From: Candidatus Kapaibacterium sp.
GTDB lineage: Bacteria; Bacteroidota; Ignavibacteria; Kapaibacteriales; NICIL-2
Assembly: GCA_046297095.1 (NCBI GenBank)
Contig: JBKCNS010000022.1
Location: forward strand, 153,175 to 217,174
Reading direction: 5' to 3'
DNA length: 64,000 nucleotides
Made by a program: the position numbers and the translations under genes. Of this stretch, positions 40,441 through 50,271 are shown piece by piece; positions within the stretch are counted from its first letter, which is position 1, and the number at the start of each line of letters is the position of its first letter. Below the pieces are notes generated by a model. The model was not told where the DNA came from and made no database searches. It saw only the letters and a program-made list of their open reading frames with translations.

Positions 40441-41556
40441 CTATTGAATTTTCATCACGCGTACAAACATGCGCCCGGGAAGTTGGCGCACATAGCCTTT
40501 GAACTCCAGCGTGAGCGCGCACACGAGTACATCGGAGGATGATGCTGCCAGCTGTTCGGCAACGTCGTCCAGATGCACACTACGGTGATCGATGTTTTCA
40601 AAAACTCTCTGTTCAAGCTCCGAGCCGAACTCGGGAGCCGGCTGAGCTACTGCTGCTGAATCAATACCATAGTCCAAAAGAATTTGACTCGGTGATAATG
40701 CCGCTATCGCTGTGTTGTTGGCAATGAGCGCGTTTGTGCCCATGCTTCTCTCAGCGCTGATCATTCCCGGTACGGCATAGACCTCGCGCGATTGGTCCAT
40801 CGCGAACTGCGCCGTAATCAATGAGCCGCCACGCTTGCCGCTTTCTACCACTAAGAGAGCGCGACTGATTCCGCTGATGATACGATTGCGCTGCGGGAAA
40901 TATGCGGGCAGTGCGCGCACACCGCATGGATACTCAGAGATGATTGCTCCGCCGTTATCGGATATCGCCAATGCGAGGCGCGCCGCGTACGATGGCCCTA
41001 TCATATCTATGCCGCAGGCTATCACGGCGTAGGTAACCGCGCCACTCTCCACCGCAGCTTTGTGAGCAATGCTATCTATGCCGGCGGCAAGGCCGCTGGT
41101 GATAATCAAGCCGGCTCTGCCGCACTCACGGGCAAATTCCTCCGTAACTGCCTGGCCATATTGTGTGCATTGCCGCGTGCCCACGATACTCAACGAGAGT
41201 GCTTCGGGATGCTGTAACATGCCCCGCACAAACAAGAGGTTCGGCGGATACGGTATATGCCGCAGCAGACGTGGATATTGATCGTTGCATATGCTGACAA
41301 TCGCCACCTGCGAGCGAGCGCATCGCTCCAGTATGCGGTCTGCCTCTTCGGCAACACGAGCGATGTTAAACATTTCGCTGCCCAATTCCATGCGAAGCGT
41401 GGCAGACGGCTGTTCGGCATCGATGCTCAAGAAATGCTCCAGGCAGGAGGTATGCTCGAGTGCAAAACGAAAGCGCTTGGTTGTCATGCGCGGAAGGCTG
41501 CGAAGAATCAGAAGGTCTTTGTCGGACCAAGACGGTACGTAGTGGTGTGGCTTCAT
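40441..41556 (-). CDS. dprA: DNA-processing protein A (Rossmann-fold DNA-protecting protein, SMF family)
   Basis: ...GLAAGIDSIAHKAAVESGAVTYAVIACGID...ESGKRGGSLITAQFAMDQSREVYAVPG... is a canonical DprA. Confidence 0.9.
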   Translation of the reverse strand: MKPHHYVPSWSDKDLLILRSLPRMTTKRFRFALEHTSCLEHFLSIDAEQPSATLRMELGSEMFNIARVAEEADRILERCARSQVAIVSICNDQYPRLLRHIPYPPNLLFVRGMLQHPEALSLSIVGTRQCTQYGQAVTEEFARECGRAGLIITSGLAAGIDSIAHKAAVESGAVTYAVIACGIDMIGPSYAARLALAISDNGGAIISEYPCGVRALPAYFPQRNRIISGISRALLVVESGKRGGSLITAQFAMDQSREVYAVPGMISAERSMGTNALIANNTAIAALSPSQILLDYGIDSAAVAQPAPEFGSELEQRVFENIDHRSVHLDDVAEQLAASSSDVLVCALTLEFKGYVRQLPGRMFVRVMKIQ

Positions 41557-41620
41557 GCTCCATAGTATCAGATGTCACAGTTTCTACTGCGAAGAGTGTG
41601 CGGCTAGGCGAATGTCTAGA

Positions 41621-41643
41621 GAGAATAGTTGCATACTATTCTC
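41621..41643. promoter_or_regulatory. Perfect 9-bp inverted repeat (GAGAATAGT-tgcat-ACTATTCTC) about 65 bp upstream of dprA; candidate operator
   Basis: Seen directly in the sequence. Not followed by a T-run on either strand, so it is unlikely to be a terminator. Confidence 0.4.
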
Positions 41644-41826
41644 ATAGAGCATTCGGCGCATCGCTTCACACGCGTAAAAGCTGTGGAGTAAAAGATTGGA
41701 GCGGATAGGTTTTCTTAAGGGCCGTTAGACTGCCATGCAGGCGTGGTACATCAAGGAGTATGCGCAAGTAAGTGGTGTACCGAGTAACGAGTTGCGAGCC
41801 ATTAGTTACGAGTCACGAGGCACGAG

Positions 41827-43008
41827 TCAGACGCTACTGTGCACAGGTCCTTCGCTACAGCTTTCTGCGAAAGCAGCAAAACGTTCGCGAGCGGATTCTA
41901 TAGTTTCTTCGCGTTTGCAAAAAGCAATGCGCACCTGAGAATGCCCAAGGTGCTCATTCACATAGAACTTCTGTAATGGAATAACGGCTATGCCATATTC
42001 CGTGATAAGCTTTTTGCAAAAGCTGATGCCGTCGGCCTTGGTTGCCCGCGAGATATCCGCCGTGATAAAATAGGAACCGCCGGGAACGGTAAAATCGAGC
42101 GGTGTTTGGCGAAGAATCTCGATGAGTAAATTTCGGCGACGGGTGTAGTCATTGCGCAGCGAGGTATAGAACGCATCATCGCTTTGCAAGCCAAGAGCAA
42201 TTGCGTAGTGAAAGGGTGTGGACGAAGCGAACACGGTGAACTGATGCACACGACGAATACACGAAATCAACGATTCATCGCCAATAGCCCATCCGCACTT
42301 CCAACCGGTGGAGGAGAATGTTTTACCACCGCTGGAGATGGTTACACATCTCTTCTGCATGCCGTCCATCGCACCCAAGCGACCATGGCGTGAATCGTCA
42401 AACACAATGTGCTCGTAGACCTCGTCGCATACGGCAATTACAGCGTGTTCAATACACAAATCGCGAATAAGCTGCAGCTCACTTTGGTTGAACACCGTGC
42501 CACAGGGATTGTGCGGAGTGTTGATGAGTATAAGCTTCGTTCGGGGGCTGAAGGCTCGGCGAAGTTCATCGGGGTCGAAACGATACTCGGGGCCATGAAG
42601 AGTAACAGGAACCGCAGTGCCGCCTGCCATGGTGATATTCGGTATGTACACATCAAAACAGGGCTCGAACACTATGACTTCGTCACCGGGTTCAACAAAA
42701 GCAAACATTGTGCACCACAAAGCCTCGGAAGCGCCGGCTGTTACACACACTCCGGAGTCCGGATCAATAGAGTGACGGTAGAAGCGCATGCCGTGCTCAC
42801 TTATGGCTTGGCGCAGTACCGGCTCACCATGAGACATCGCGTATTGATTATGCCCGTCCATGATAGCCTCGCACGCAGCGTTCTTCACGTGCAGCGGTGT
42901 GTCGAAGTCGGGAAATCCCTGCCCCAGATTTACAGCTCCGTGCTTATTGGCCAGGGCGGTTATCTCGGAAAAAACCGACGCTCCAAATCCGGCGATGCGA
43001 TCTATCAT
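41827..43008 (-). CDS. Class I/II PLP-dependent aminotransferase (YbdL/kynurenine-aminotransferase-like)
   Basis: ...AVNLGQGFPDFDTP...GHNQYA...GDEVIVFEPCFDVY.... The start is taken at MIDRIAGFG; the ORF extends to 43143. Confidence 0.8.
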   Translation of the reverse strand: MIDRIAGFGASVFSEITALANKHGAVNLGQGFPDFDTPLHVKNAACEAIMDGHNQYAMSHGEPVLRQAISEHGMRFYRHSIDPDSGVCVTAGASEALWCTMFAFVEPGDEVIVFEPCFDVYIPNITMAGGTAVPVTLHGPEYRFDPDELRRAFSPRTKLILINTPHNPCGTVFNQSELQLIRDLCIEHAVIAVCDEVYEHIVFDDSRHGRLGAMDGMQKRCVTISSGGKTFSSTGWKCGWAIGDESLISCIRRVHQFTVFASSTPFHYAIALGLQSDDAFYTSLRNDYTRRRNLLIEILRQTPLDFTVPGGSYFITADISRATKADGISFCKKLITEYGIAVIPLQKFYVNEHLGHSQVRIAFCKREETIESARERFAAFAESCSEGPVHSSV

Positions 43009-43259
43009 GCGTGTGTGTTGAGTGTACTCGAAAGCCCGCGAATATATGCGGCTATGCACTTCACAAACGGAGAATAGATTTCCACTTTTATCCGGAGCAT
43101 GTCCGGCTGTGAACCGTGTGCTCCGGACATGGTATTTTCCCACATGTAGTCATGAAGAAAACTTGTTTTCCATGCTTCGCTCCATCGCTACATTTCCGTA
43201 GTGAATGAGTGCGGTACACAAATCCGGTAAACGTTCGCTATTCACTCAGAGAAAAAATT

Positions 43260-43514
43260 ATGCAATGCCGATCAGGATGTGGCGCGTGTTGTATTGCACC
43301 GTCCATAACAACTGCGTTCTATGGAATGCCCGCCGGTAAGAAAGCGGGGGAGCGATGCGTGCATCTGGATGCGAACATGAGGTGCAAACTGTTTGGTAAG
43401 CCGGAGCGGCCGGCCTTCTGCTCCACGCTACCACCCTCGCCGGAAATGTGTGGTACTACAGCAGGGGAGGCGATGCAGATTCTTCAGCAGTGGGAGATTA
43501 TAACAGCACCATAA
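43260..43514 (+). CDS. Small cysteine-cluster (CxxxCxxCC) putative zinc/iron-chelating protein, YkgJ-like
   Basis: MQCRSGCGACCIAPSI...CVHLD...CKLFGKPERPAFC. The ORF opens at 43209. Confidence 0.6.
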   Translation: MQCRSGCGACCIAPSITTAFYGMPAGKKAGERCVHLDANMRCKLFGKPERPAFCSTLPPSPEMCGTTAGEAMQILQQWEIITAP

Positions 43515-43715
43515 CTTCTCTGCCTTTACGTCGTGGAAAGTCGTGTGCATACTAGATTATTTGCGACCTACATTTCGATACCTTGTATCGCCGCGGGAAG
43601 CAGTTACCCACTGCCTACGTTTTTCTCAACATTTTTCCGTAATTACGCACTCAAATCAGCAGCGGAACAGCATGGCAACGGATGCCGTTTCAGTACTTTT
43701 TACTCTCGTCGTATC

Positions 43716-44012
43716 ATGAATCAGTTTCTGGTAGAATTCGATTTACCCGACACCTACACCGAATATTTTATTTCTCGTATTCCTGCTCAGCGAGCTACCG
43801 TGCATCGTTTGATGCGCGAAGGAAAAATTCCCAACTACGCGTTGTCCATGGACAGGCGCAAACTGTGGGTGTTTGTGGCGGCCGACAGCGAGCGTGAAGT
43901 TGAATCGGTGATCAACGAGTTTCCACTTATCGACCAGATGATTCCCACTATCTTTCCGTTGATGTTTCACGAGAACATCGCCATGCAATTCCCGGCGATG
44001 TCGTTGAACTAA
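43716..44012 (+). CDS. Muconolactone-isomerase-like (Dabb-fold) small protein
   Basis: MNQFLVEFDLP...RLMREGKIP...WVFVAADSEREVESVINEFPL... resembles the muconolactone isomerase-like family at about 99 aa. Assigned from memory. The start is taken at an internal Met of the 43533..44012 ORF. Confidence 0.45.
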   Translation: MNQFLVEFDLPDTYTEYFISRIPAQRATVHRLMREGKIPNYALSMDRRKLWVFVAADSEREVESVINEFPLIDQMIPTIFPLMFHENIAMQFPAMSLN

Positions 44013-44183
44013 GATGCCTCATGTGTGCGCGTTCTTAGCATGATCTCGTGACGAAGCAGTAACACTACAACATTGCAGGTATACGTCCTCTAGCGAGCAG
44101 AACGGGTCCGCAGGAGGGTTGAAGCCAATGACTTTAACGCCAATGCTCGCGCTCAATAGATTTAAGACACCAACCACAACACC

Positions 44184-44771
44184 ATGATTCACTTCGAAGA
44201 AGAAACCGAGAAAAACGAGTCGGCTGAAAAAAATGCTCCGATGTTCATTGGAAAGAAACTACTGGAATCCCGCAAGGTGTTTTTGTGGGGGCAGGTGGAC
44301 GATGCATCGGCGCGCCACGTCATCGATCGCCTCATGTATCTGGAGCTCAAGGAGCCGGGCAAAGAGATTACCTTCTATATCAACTCCCCGGGTGGGTACG
44401 TAACCTCCGGCATGGCCATGTATGATGTGATGAAGAGTATCAGCTCGCCCATCTCGACAGTGTGTATGGGTCTGGCCGCCTCGATGGGTTCGATATTGCT
44501 TTCAGCCGGTACCAAGGGGCGCCGATTTATGTTTCGTCATGGCAAAGTGATGATTCACCAGCCCAGCGGCGGCGCGCAGGGCAGCAGTACCGACATCGAA
44601 ATTCAGATGCGTGAGATTCTCAAAACCAAAGAGATTGGCGCGCGAATTCTTGCGGAGAATTGCGGACAGAGTTTGGATCGCATTCTCAAAGACTTTGAGC
44701 GCGATTACTGGATGGATGCGGCGGAATCCGTGGAATACGGAATAGTGGACGGTATAGTAGAGAGAATCTAA
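44184..44771 (+). CDS. clpP: ATP-dependent Clp protease proteolytic subunit
   Basis: ...INSPGGYVTSGMAMYDVMK...GLAASMGSILLSAG...MIHQPSGG... shows the catalytic Ser/His context. No clpX follows. Confidence 0.9.
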   Translation: MIHFEEETEKNESAEKNAPMFIGKKLLESRKVFLWGQVDDASARHVIDRLMYLELKEPGKEITFYINSPGGYVTSGMAMYDVMKSISSPISTVCMGLAASMGSILLSAGTKGRRFMFRHGKVMIHQPSGGAQGSSTDIEIQMREILKTKEIGARILAENCGQSLDRILKDFERDYWMDAAESVEYGIVDGIVERI

Positions 44772-44810
44772 AGACATCGTAAAGATGTTCTCAGAGCGAC
44801 TGCTACAGTC

Positions 44811-44826
44811 AAAAAATCGATTTTTT
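44811..44826. promoter_or_regulatory. Perfect 16-bp palindrome AAAAAATCGATTTTTT about 95 bp upstream of the DUF4295-rpmE-rpsR cluster; candidate operator or UP-like element
   Basis: Seen directly. Symmetric A6-ATCGAT-T6. Confidence 0.4.
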
Positions 44827-44921
44827 GGCGATTTCTGTGTGCAAGCGCCGAAAAACTTTGAAAAAACCGACGTGCAGTCTATATTTGCAGTCTTATTCAA
44901 CCACAAGAGTAGTAAAGCGCA

Positions 44922-45095
44922 ATGGCAAAGCAGCAGACCTTTCAGGACAAGCTCAAGAAAATGAAGACCGATTCGCGCGTCAACGTGCGAGTTATCAAGG
45001 CGTATCGCGGAGACAAAGGTTCCGTGAAGTTTGTAGAGCGCTTTGTTAAGGTTGACGACGCAAATCAGATAGAAAAGATTGATATTTCACGATAA
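44922..45095 (+). CDS. DUF4295-like small basic protein (57 aa), below the ORF-track size cut-off
   Basis: Hand-translated to MAKQQTFQDKLKKMKTDSRVNVRVIKAYRGDKGSVKFVERFVKVDDANQIEKIDISR. Resembles the small DUF4295 proteins that accompany ribosomal-protein genes in Bacteroidota. Confidence 0.6.
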   Translation: MAKQQTFQDKLKKMKTDSRVNVRVIKAYRGDKGSVKFVERFVKVDDANQIEKIDISR

Positions 45096-45106
45096 CGTAG
45101 AAGCGT

Positions 45107-45340
45107 ATGAAAAAGGGAATACATCCCTCGTATAAAGAAGTTACGGTACACATGACCGACGGTACGTCGTTTGTTACCCGTTCCTGCTATAAGGGCGAAA
45201 AGATGGTTTTGGAAATTGATTCCAAGTCGCACCCGTTTTTTACCGGCAAGCAAATGTTGGTAGACACGGCCGGCCGTGTAGATAGATTTAAGAAGCGTGC
45301 AGAGCGCTCTAAGGCAATCAAAGAAAAAGGAGAAGCATAA
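45107..45340 (+). CDS. rpmE: 50S ribosomal protein L31, type B (zinc-ribbon-less form)
   Basis: MKKGIHPSYKEV...DSKSHPFFTGKQ...TAGRVDRF. Only one Cys is present, with SKSH in place of CxxC. This is the YkgM-like type B form. Confidence 0.9.
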   Translation: MKKGIHPSYKEVTVHMTDGTSFVTRSCYKGEKMVLEIDSKSHPFFTGKQMLVDTAGRVDRFKKRAERSKAIKEKGEA

Positions 45341-45342
45341 CA

Positions 45343-45636
45343 ATGGCAATGCAACGCAACCAAAACGACGTTTTGCAACCACCGATGGCAGCGGCATCTT
45401 CGCCGTTCAGAAATCGCCAGCAGGTAGTTCGTAAGAAAACCAGCCCGATGAAGGAGTCACGTATCGTTGACTATCTTGATCACAAGTTTTTGTCTCGCTT
45501 TATCAACGATCAAGGTAAGATTCTTCCTCGTCGTATCACCGGATTGACCGCGTTTCAACAGCGCGAGATCTCCCGCGCGGTAAAGTATGCTCGTCACCTT
45601 GCTTTGATTCCTTTCGTAGCACAGGATACGAAGTAA
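45343..45636 (+). CDS. rpsR: 30S ribosomal protein S18 (Cys-free; long N-terminal extension)
   Basis: ...IVDYLDHKFLSRFINDQGKILPRRITGLTAFQQREISRAVKYARHLALIPFV matches the S18 core. Not adjacent to rpsF or rplI. Confidence 0.85.
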   Translation: MAMQRNQNDVLQPPMAAASSPFRNRQQVVRKKTSPMKESRIVDYLDHKFLSRFINDQGKILPRRITGLTAFQQREISRAVKYARHLALIPFVAQDTK

Positions 45637-45712
45637 CGTCGCTATTGTGCGAATCGTTGAGCATCACCGAATGCTCTTCATCATGATTCGAACACACGCA
45701 GACCAAACATTG

Positions 45713-45749
45713 AAAAGACCGTCTCTATCCAGAGGCGGTCTTTTTTTTT
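45713..45749 (+). terminator. Rho-independent terminator after rpsR
   Basis: AAAGACCGTCTC-tatcca-GAGGCGGTCTTT followed by a T9 run. Confidence 0.8.
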
Positions 45750-45750
45750 C

Positions 45751-46436
45751 TGCATGGTGTTTGAACCGTAGCAACCGTAGCAGTGAGAATTGCTGAATCG
45801 ATATGTTCGGCTGCTGCTCCAATCCGGTTTGAATCCGGCTTACGTCTTAGTCACTGCTTACGTACCTCTCGCTTAAGTACTTACTCGTAACTCAATGCTA
45901 GTTCGTTGTGAGGCACCTCACTGCACGCCACTCAGAGCTTTGGTCGGTACAGCAGTGCTTGAGCAAAACAGGAGGGTTCGCTAGCCCTGCCGAACACAGC
46001 CGGCCCGAGAGAGTATATGACAAACAAGTGTTTAGGTCCTGATGAGACGGGTAAACAACTAATCATGTTTGTTCGGGACTTGCATTTACAAGTGCACCGT
46101 CGCAGACTTTTTTAGCAAAAAAAAGCGCCTGAAAAAGCTTGAAGCCGGAATGGTAAAAAAATTTTTCCCCAGGGCATCTGCCCGCCAGAGCGCATCAATA
46201 CTACGTTGTGGAAAACTATGAGATATGCAAGCGGAATATTTCATTTCGATGAAATTTTCTTCTTTGAGAGACGTTTCGTGAGCATGATCTTTGCGCCGAC
46301 GTAAAGATACCTGCACGTTGTGCACGTGATGTTGGGAATGAGACCATCGGTTATCAACAGGGGAGACCACGGTCCATCGAGAGTTCCCGGCGTGTGTGCA
46401 TACACTATCCGAACATGTAATTGAACGAGGTGAACA
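45751..46436. other. Candidate chromosomal replication origin (oriC) upstream of dnaA
   Basis: 686-bp non-coding region. An AT-rich tract spans 46106..46165. DnaA-box-like 9-mers TGTGGAAAA (46207) and TTATCAACA (46350) each differ by 1 mismatch from TTATCCACA. A palindrome ATTTCAT-ttcg-ATGAAAT lies at 46239..46256. Confidence 0.5.
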
Positions 46437-47948
46437 TTGGCCAAGAAGTCCGATGCGCTTAACCTGTTTCCGCAGGCAGCTCAGAATAATATCACCGCGC
46501 CTCGCAAGACAGGAGGTCGCGCGAAAGAAACAAACGCTTCGAGCACGGAGCTAGATAGGATTTGGAAACAGTGCCTGGAAATTATCCGGGACAATGTTTC
46601 AGTTCAAGTTTTCAAAACTTGGTTTGAGCCCATCAGAGCTCTTAGCTTCGATGGTGCAGATATTATTGTTGAAGTACCCAGCCAGTTTTATTACGAATGG
46701 CTTGAAGAGCATTACACGACGCTGATTCAGCGCAGCGTGGCACAGACCTTCGGCTCGAAGGTTCATTTAAAGTATCAGGTGGTGATGGATACCACCACGG
46801 AATCTTTGGAAGAGCGTACCGTGATTCTTCCGGCGATGCGTCACGGCACACAGGGCGCAGTGCAGTCCAAGATTCCTTTTGCAGCCGGCTCAACGGATGC
46901 GCCGTCTAATCACGCCAGCTTCCTGAACCCTCGATATACCTTTGATAACTTCGTCAGCGGAGACAGCAATCAGTTGGCGTTCTCGGCATCGGTAGCGGTA
47001 ACGGAAAGCGCCGGTAAATCTCGTTACAACCCACTGGTGATCTACGGAAAAACCGGCCTTGGCAAAACGCACTTGGTACAGGCAATCGGTAATCGCATTG
47101 TGGAAAAGAACAAGCGTGCACGGGTATTGTACACTACCAGTGAGCGATTTACTATGGAGTATGTGAGCGCTCTGCAAACCAACCGCTTCAATGAGTTCAC
47201 TGCCTATTACCGTAGCATGGATGTGTTGATCATCGACGACATCCAATTTTTTGCGGGCAAAGAGAAAACACAGGATAATTTCTTCCATACCTTCAACGCT
47301 TTGCTCCAGGCGGGCAAGCAGATTATTCTGACCAGCGACGTAGCACCGGGCGACTTGCGCGATGTGGATGCACGTTTGATCTCGCGCTTCCAGTGGGGCC
47401 TTACTGCCGACATTCAGTCTCCTGATTACGAAATGCGTCTTGCGATTGTCAATAAAAAGAGCGCCGACGAAGGATTGCAGCTGCCGGACGAAATTGCCGA
47501 GTACATTGCACGCCACGTAACCTCGAGCATTCGTCAGATAGAGGGCTGTTTGATCCGCCTGTTTGCCAGCGTATCGCTGGATAATCGCCGCATCAGTTTG
47601 CCCCTGGTTCAAGAGGTAGTGAACTCCGTGATTGGCGAGCCGCGTCAACGGCCCTTACACATGGAGGATATCAAGATTTTGGTTGCTTCGTACTACAACT
47701 TGCCTGTGGAGCTTTTGGCCGGCAAGACACGCAAGCACGAGATCGTGCTAGCACGTCAAGTGGCTATGTACCTTGCCAAGCAGTTGACGAATCTCTCACT
47801 GAAATCCATTGGCTCGTACTTTGGCGGCCGCGATCACACAACCGTACTGCACTCTATTCAGATGATTGAGAATTACTTCGACACTGACCAGACTGTGACA
47901 CAATCTGTAGAGCACCTGCATCGTAAGCTGAGTGTGAAGCTGCAGTAA
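46437..47948 (+). CDS. dnaA: Chromosomal replication initiator protein DnaA
   Basis: TTG start. Walker A VIYGKTGLGKTHLVQA. The sensor and C-terminal DNA-binding helix-turn-helix ...LAGKTRKHEIVLARQVAMYLAKQLT... are present. Confidence 0.9.
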   Translation: MAKKSDALNLFPQAAQNNITAPRKTGGRAKETNASSTELDRIWKQCLEIIRDNVSVQVFKTWFEPIRALSFDGADIIVEVPSQFYYEWLEEHYTTLIQRSVAQTFGSKVHLKYQVVMDTTTESLEERTVILPAMRHGTQGAVQSKIPFAAGSTDAPSNHASFLNPRYTFDNFVSGDSNQLAFSASVAVTESAGKSRYNPLVIYGKTGLGKTHLVQAIGNRIVEKNKRARVLYTTSERFTMEYVSALQTNRFNEFTAYYRSMDVLIIDDIQFFAGKEKTQDNFFHTFNALLQAGKQIILTSDVAPGDLRDVDARLISRFQWGLTADIQSPDYEMRLAIVNKKSADEGLQLPDEIAEYIARHVTSSIRQIEGCLIRLFASVSLDNRRISLPLVQEVVNSVIGEPRQRPLHMEDIKILVASYYNLPVELLAGKTRKHEIVLARQVAMYLAKQLTNLSLKSIGSYFGGRDHTTVLHSIQMIENYFDTDQTVTQSVEHLHRKLSVKLQ

Positions 47949-48130
47949 GAATGCAGTACGTATTCGTAGAGCATCCGGTAAAGCAATACATGCCGCTCGC
48001 TAGATAGCTAATGGTAGTACGCAAGAAAGGTGATACAGAAGCGGTGGTAGGTTGGAAATGCGCCTTAGTATCAGTCAACCTGATACTCTCTGGTAAAGAA
48101 ATTTGGGACGTTTGAGGGAACGTACAAAGA

Positions 48131-48163
48131 AAAAGCCCGGCAAGTACTTTGCCGGGCTTTTTT
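48131..48163. terminator. Bidirectional rho-independent terminator between convergent dnaA and ftsH
   Basis: AAAAAGCCCGGCAAgtactTTGCCGGGCTTTTTT. An A-run and a T-run flank a 9-bp GC-rich stem. Confidence 0.75.
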
Positions 48164-48228
48164 GCTTTCATGCGTTACTGCTTATACGCCGCACCTCACT
48201 GCAATGGCAGCGCTGCCTCACAGACTAA

Positions 48229-50271
48229 CTACGCTCCGCTTGGAGCCGGATTGAGAGGCATGTCGTGTGCATTGTCGTTACTGCGATTGGCGGAGGTACT
48301 CAGCGCAGCGCCTGCTTGTGGCGGAACAGTACCCGACGTAGGCGGCTCCGGCAGAGATGGCAGTGTGCCACCGCTGATGAGAATGTCCAGCTGTTCGGAA
48401 TCCAACGTCTCTCTCTCTACCAAAGCAGCAGATAAACGATGTAACAGCTCCAGGTTGTCTCGCAGCAATTGTTCTGTTTCATCGGCCAAGCGATTGAGCG
48501 TGCGCGACACTTCTTCGTCGATGAGTTGCGCGATCTGTTCAGAATATTCTCTGGTGTGGCCATAGTCACGGCCCAGGAATACTTCCTGATTTCCGTTGCT
48601 ATAATTTACCGGTCCTATGCGGTCGTTCATACCCCACTCCTTGACCATCTTTCGTGTCAAAGATGTGGCACGTTCAAGATCGTTTGATGCACCGGTGGTG
48701 TATTGATCGAACACAATCTTCTCGGCTGCACGGCCTGCAAGCAAGCATCGCACGCGTGTTTCTATATAGGCCTTCGACATCGAGTGCACATCTTCCTTCG
48801 GCAAGTATGCAGTCACTCCCAATGCAGGGCCACGAGGAATAATGCTGACCTTGTGCACCGGATCGCTTTCAGGGAGTAGCTTTCCTGCCAGTGCATGGCC
48901 CATCTCGTGGTATGCCGTTGTCTTCTTTTCATGATCGGAAAGCACCATGCTTTTGCGCTCGATACCCATCAGCATTTTGTCTTTGGCTTGCTCAAAATCT
49001 TCCATGGCTACGTTGTTGCTGTTACGGCGCGCTGCAAACAACGCGGCTTCATTCACAACATTCGCCAGGTCTGCCCCGGAGGCGCCGGGAGTGCCGCGCG
49101 CAACGATATTGAGATCTACATCGGGATGCAAAGGAATGTTCCGTGTGTGCACTTTCAGAATGCCTTCGCGGCCTTTGATGTCCGGTCTGTCCACCACAAT
49201 GTGACGATCGAATCGGCCGGGCCGCAGAAGAGCGGGGTCCAGAACATCGGCACGGTTGGTAGCTGCAATGATGATCACACCGTTATTCACTTCAAAGCCG
49301 TCCATCTCTACAAGAAGCTGATTCAATGTTTGCTCACGCTCGTCGTGACCGCCGCCCAGTCCGGCACCGCGGTGGCGACCAACAGCATCAATCTCATCGA
49401 TGAAGACAATACAGGGTGCATTGCGCTTGGCTTGATCGAACAAATCGCGAACACGGCTGGCACCCACACCAACAAACATTTCCACGAAGTCGGCACCCGA
49501 GATCGAGAAGAAGGGAACATTCGCTTCGCCGGACACAGCTCTTGCTAATAAGGTCTTGCCGGTACCCGGAGGTCCTAAGAGCAAAACGCCTTTGGGAATC
49601 TTGCCGCCCAGCTTTTGAAACTTCGAAGGCTCGCGCAGAAAGTCTACCACTTCTTGCAATTCAAACTTCGCTTCTTCAGCGCCGGCTACGTCCATAAAGG
49701 TGGTACGCTTCGTTTGATCGCCGGACATTCTGGTGCGTGCTTTACCGAAAGAAAAAATATTGCGTGAACCACCCGCACCGCCACCGCCCTGCATACGCCT
49801 CATCATGACGAAGAACAACAAGAACAAGCCCGCCCACATAAGCACTGTCACTGCCGTGCCTATCCAAGGATTGTCACTTTGCTCATATTGCCATGTGATT
49901 CCTTGTGCTGCCCATACTTCCTCGGTTTTGGAGTCCACCACACCAAGTTTAGTCACGAAGTACTGGATAGTGTGCTGGCGTCCGTCGATCGCTCTGGACA
50001 AAGGCTCTTTAAGCTCACCATGAAACTCAAAGTCGTTGAGATTGCTTTTCGTAATGGTGGCGCTTTTGATCAGGTTTCCGTTCAAAAACTCGATGTAGTC
50101 CGTATACCGCACCGGGAACTCCTGTCGTGAAGCTCCATGAACGAACATGTATACCAGACTGACACCAACCAGTATAACCACCCATATAAGTACGGAGCGT
50201 ATCACCTTGCCAACTTGAGAGTCGTCGTCGTTGTTTCCGGATGGGCGTTGAGAGGGGTTTTTGGGGCTCAT
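48229..50271 (-). CDS. ftsH: ATP-dependent zinc metalloprotease FtsH
   Basis: Two N-terminal TM segments. AAA+ Walker [19 protein letters not shown]. Zinc motif HEMGHAL. The start is taken at MSPKN; the ORF opens at 50334. Confidence 0.9.
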   Translation of the reverse strand: MSPKNPSQRPSGNNDDDSQVGKVIRSVLIWVVILVGVSLVYMFVHGASRQEFPVRYTDYIEFLNGNLIKSATITKSNLNDFEFHGELKEPLSRAIDGRQHTIQYFVTKLGVVDSKTEEVWAAQGITWQYEQSDNPWIGTAVTVLMWAGLFLLFFVMMRRMQGGGGAGGSRNIFSFGKARTRMSGDQTKRTTFMDVAGAEEAKFELQEVVDFLREPSKFQKLGGKIPKGVLLLGPPGTGKTLLARAVSGEANVPFFSISGADFVEMFVGVGASRVRDLFDQAKRNAPCIVFIDEIDAVGRHRGAGLGGGHDEREQTLNQLLVEMDGFEVNNGVIIIAATNRADVLDPALLRPGRFDRHIVVDRPDIKGREGILKVHTRNIPLHPDVDLNIVARGTPGASGADLANVVNEAALFAARRNSNNVAMEDFEQAKDKMLMGIERKSMVLSDHEKKTTAYHEMGHALAGKLLPESDPVHKVSIIPRGPALGVTAYLPKEDVHSMSKAYIETRVRCLLAGRAAEKIVFDQYTTGASNDLERATSLTRKMVKEWGMNDRIGPVNYSNGNQEVFLGRDYGHTREYSEQIAQLIDEEVSRTLNRLADETEQLLRDNLELLHRLSAALVERETLDSEQLDILISGGTLPSLPEPPTSGTVPPQAGAALSTSANRSNDNAHDMPLNPAPSGA

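Noticed and set aside
44184-44771. Orphan clpP without an adjacent clpX, considered as a possible anomaly
   Set aside because: clpP and clpX are unlinked in many genomes, so this is not informative by itself.
45107-45636. Interpretation of rpmE-rpsR as a Zur-regulated zinc-sparing paralogue operon
   Set aside because: Only partly rejected and retained as a low-interest finding. Bacteroidota frequently possess only the type-B L31, and no recognised Zur box is known to me for this lineage. The cluster may encode the sole L31 and S18.
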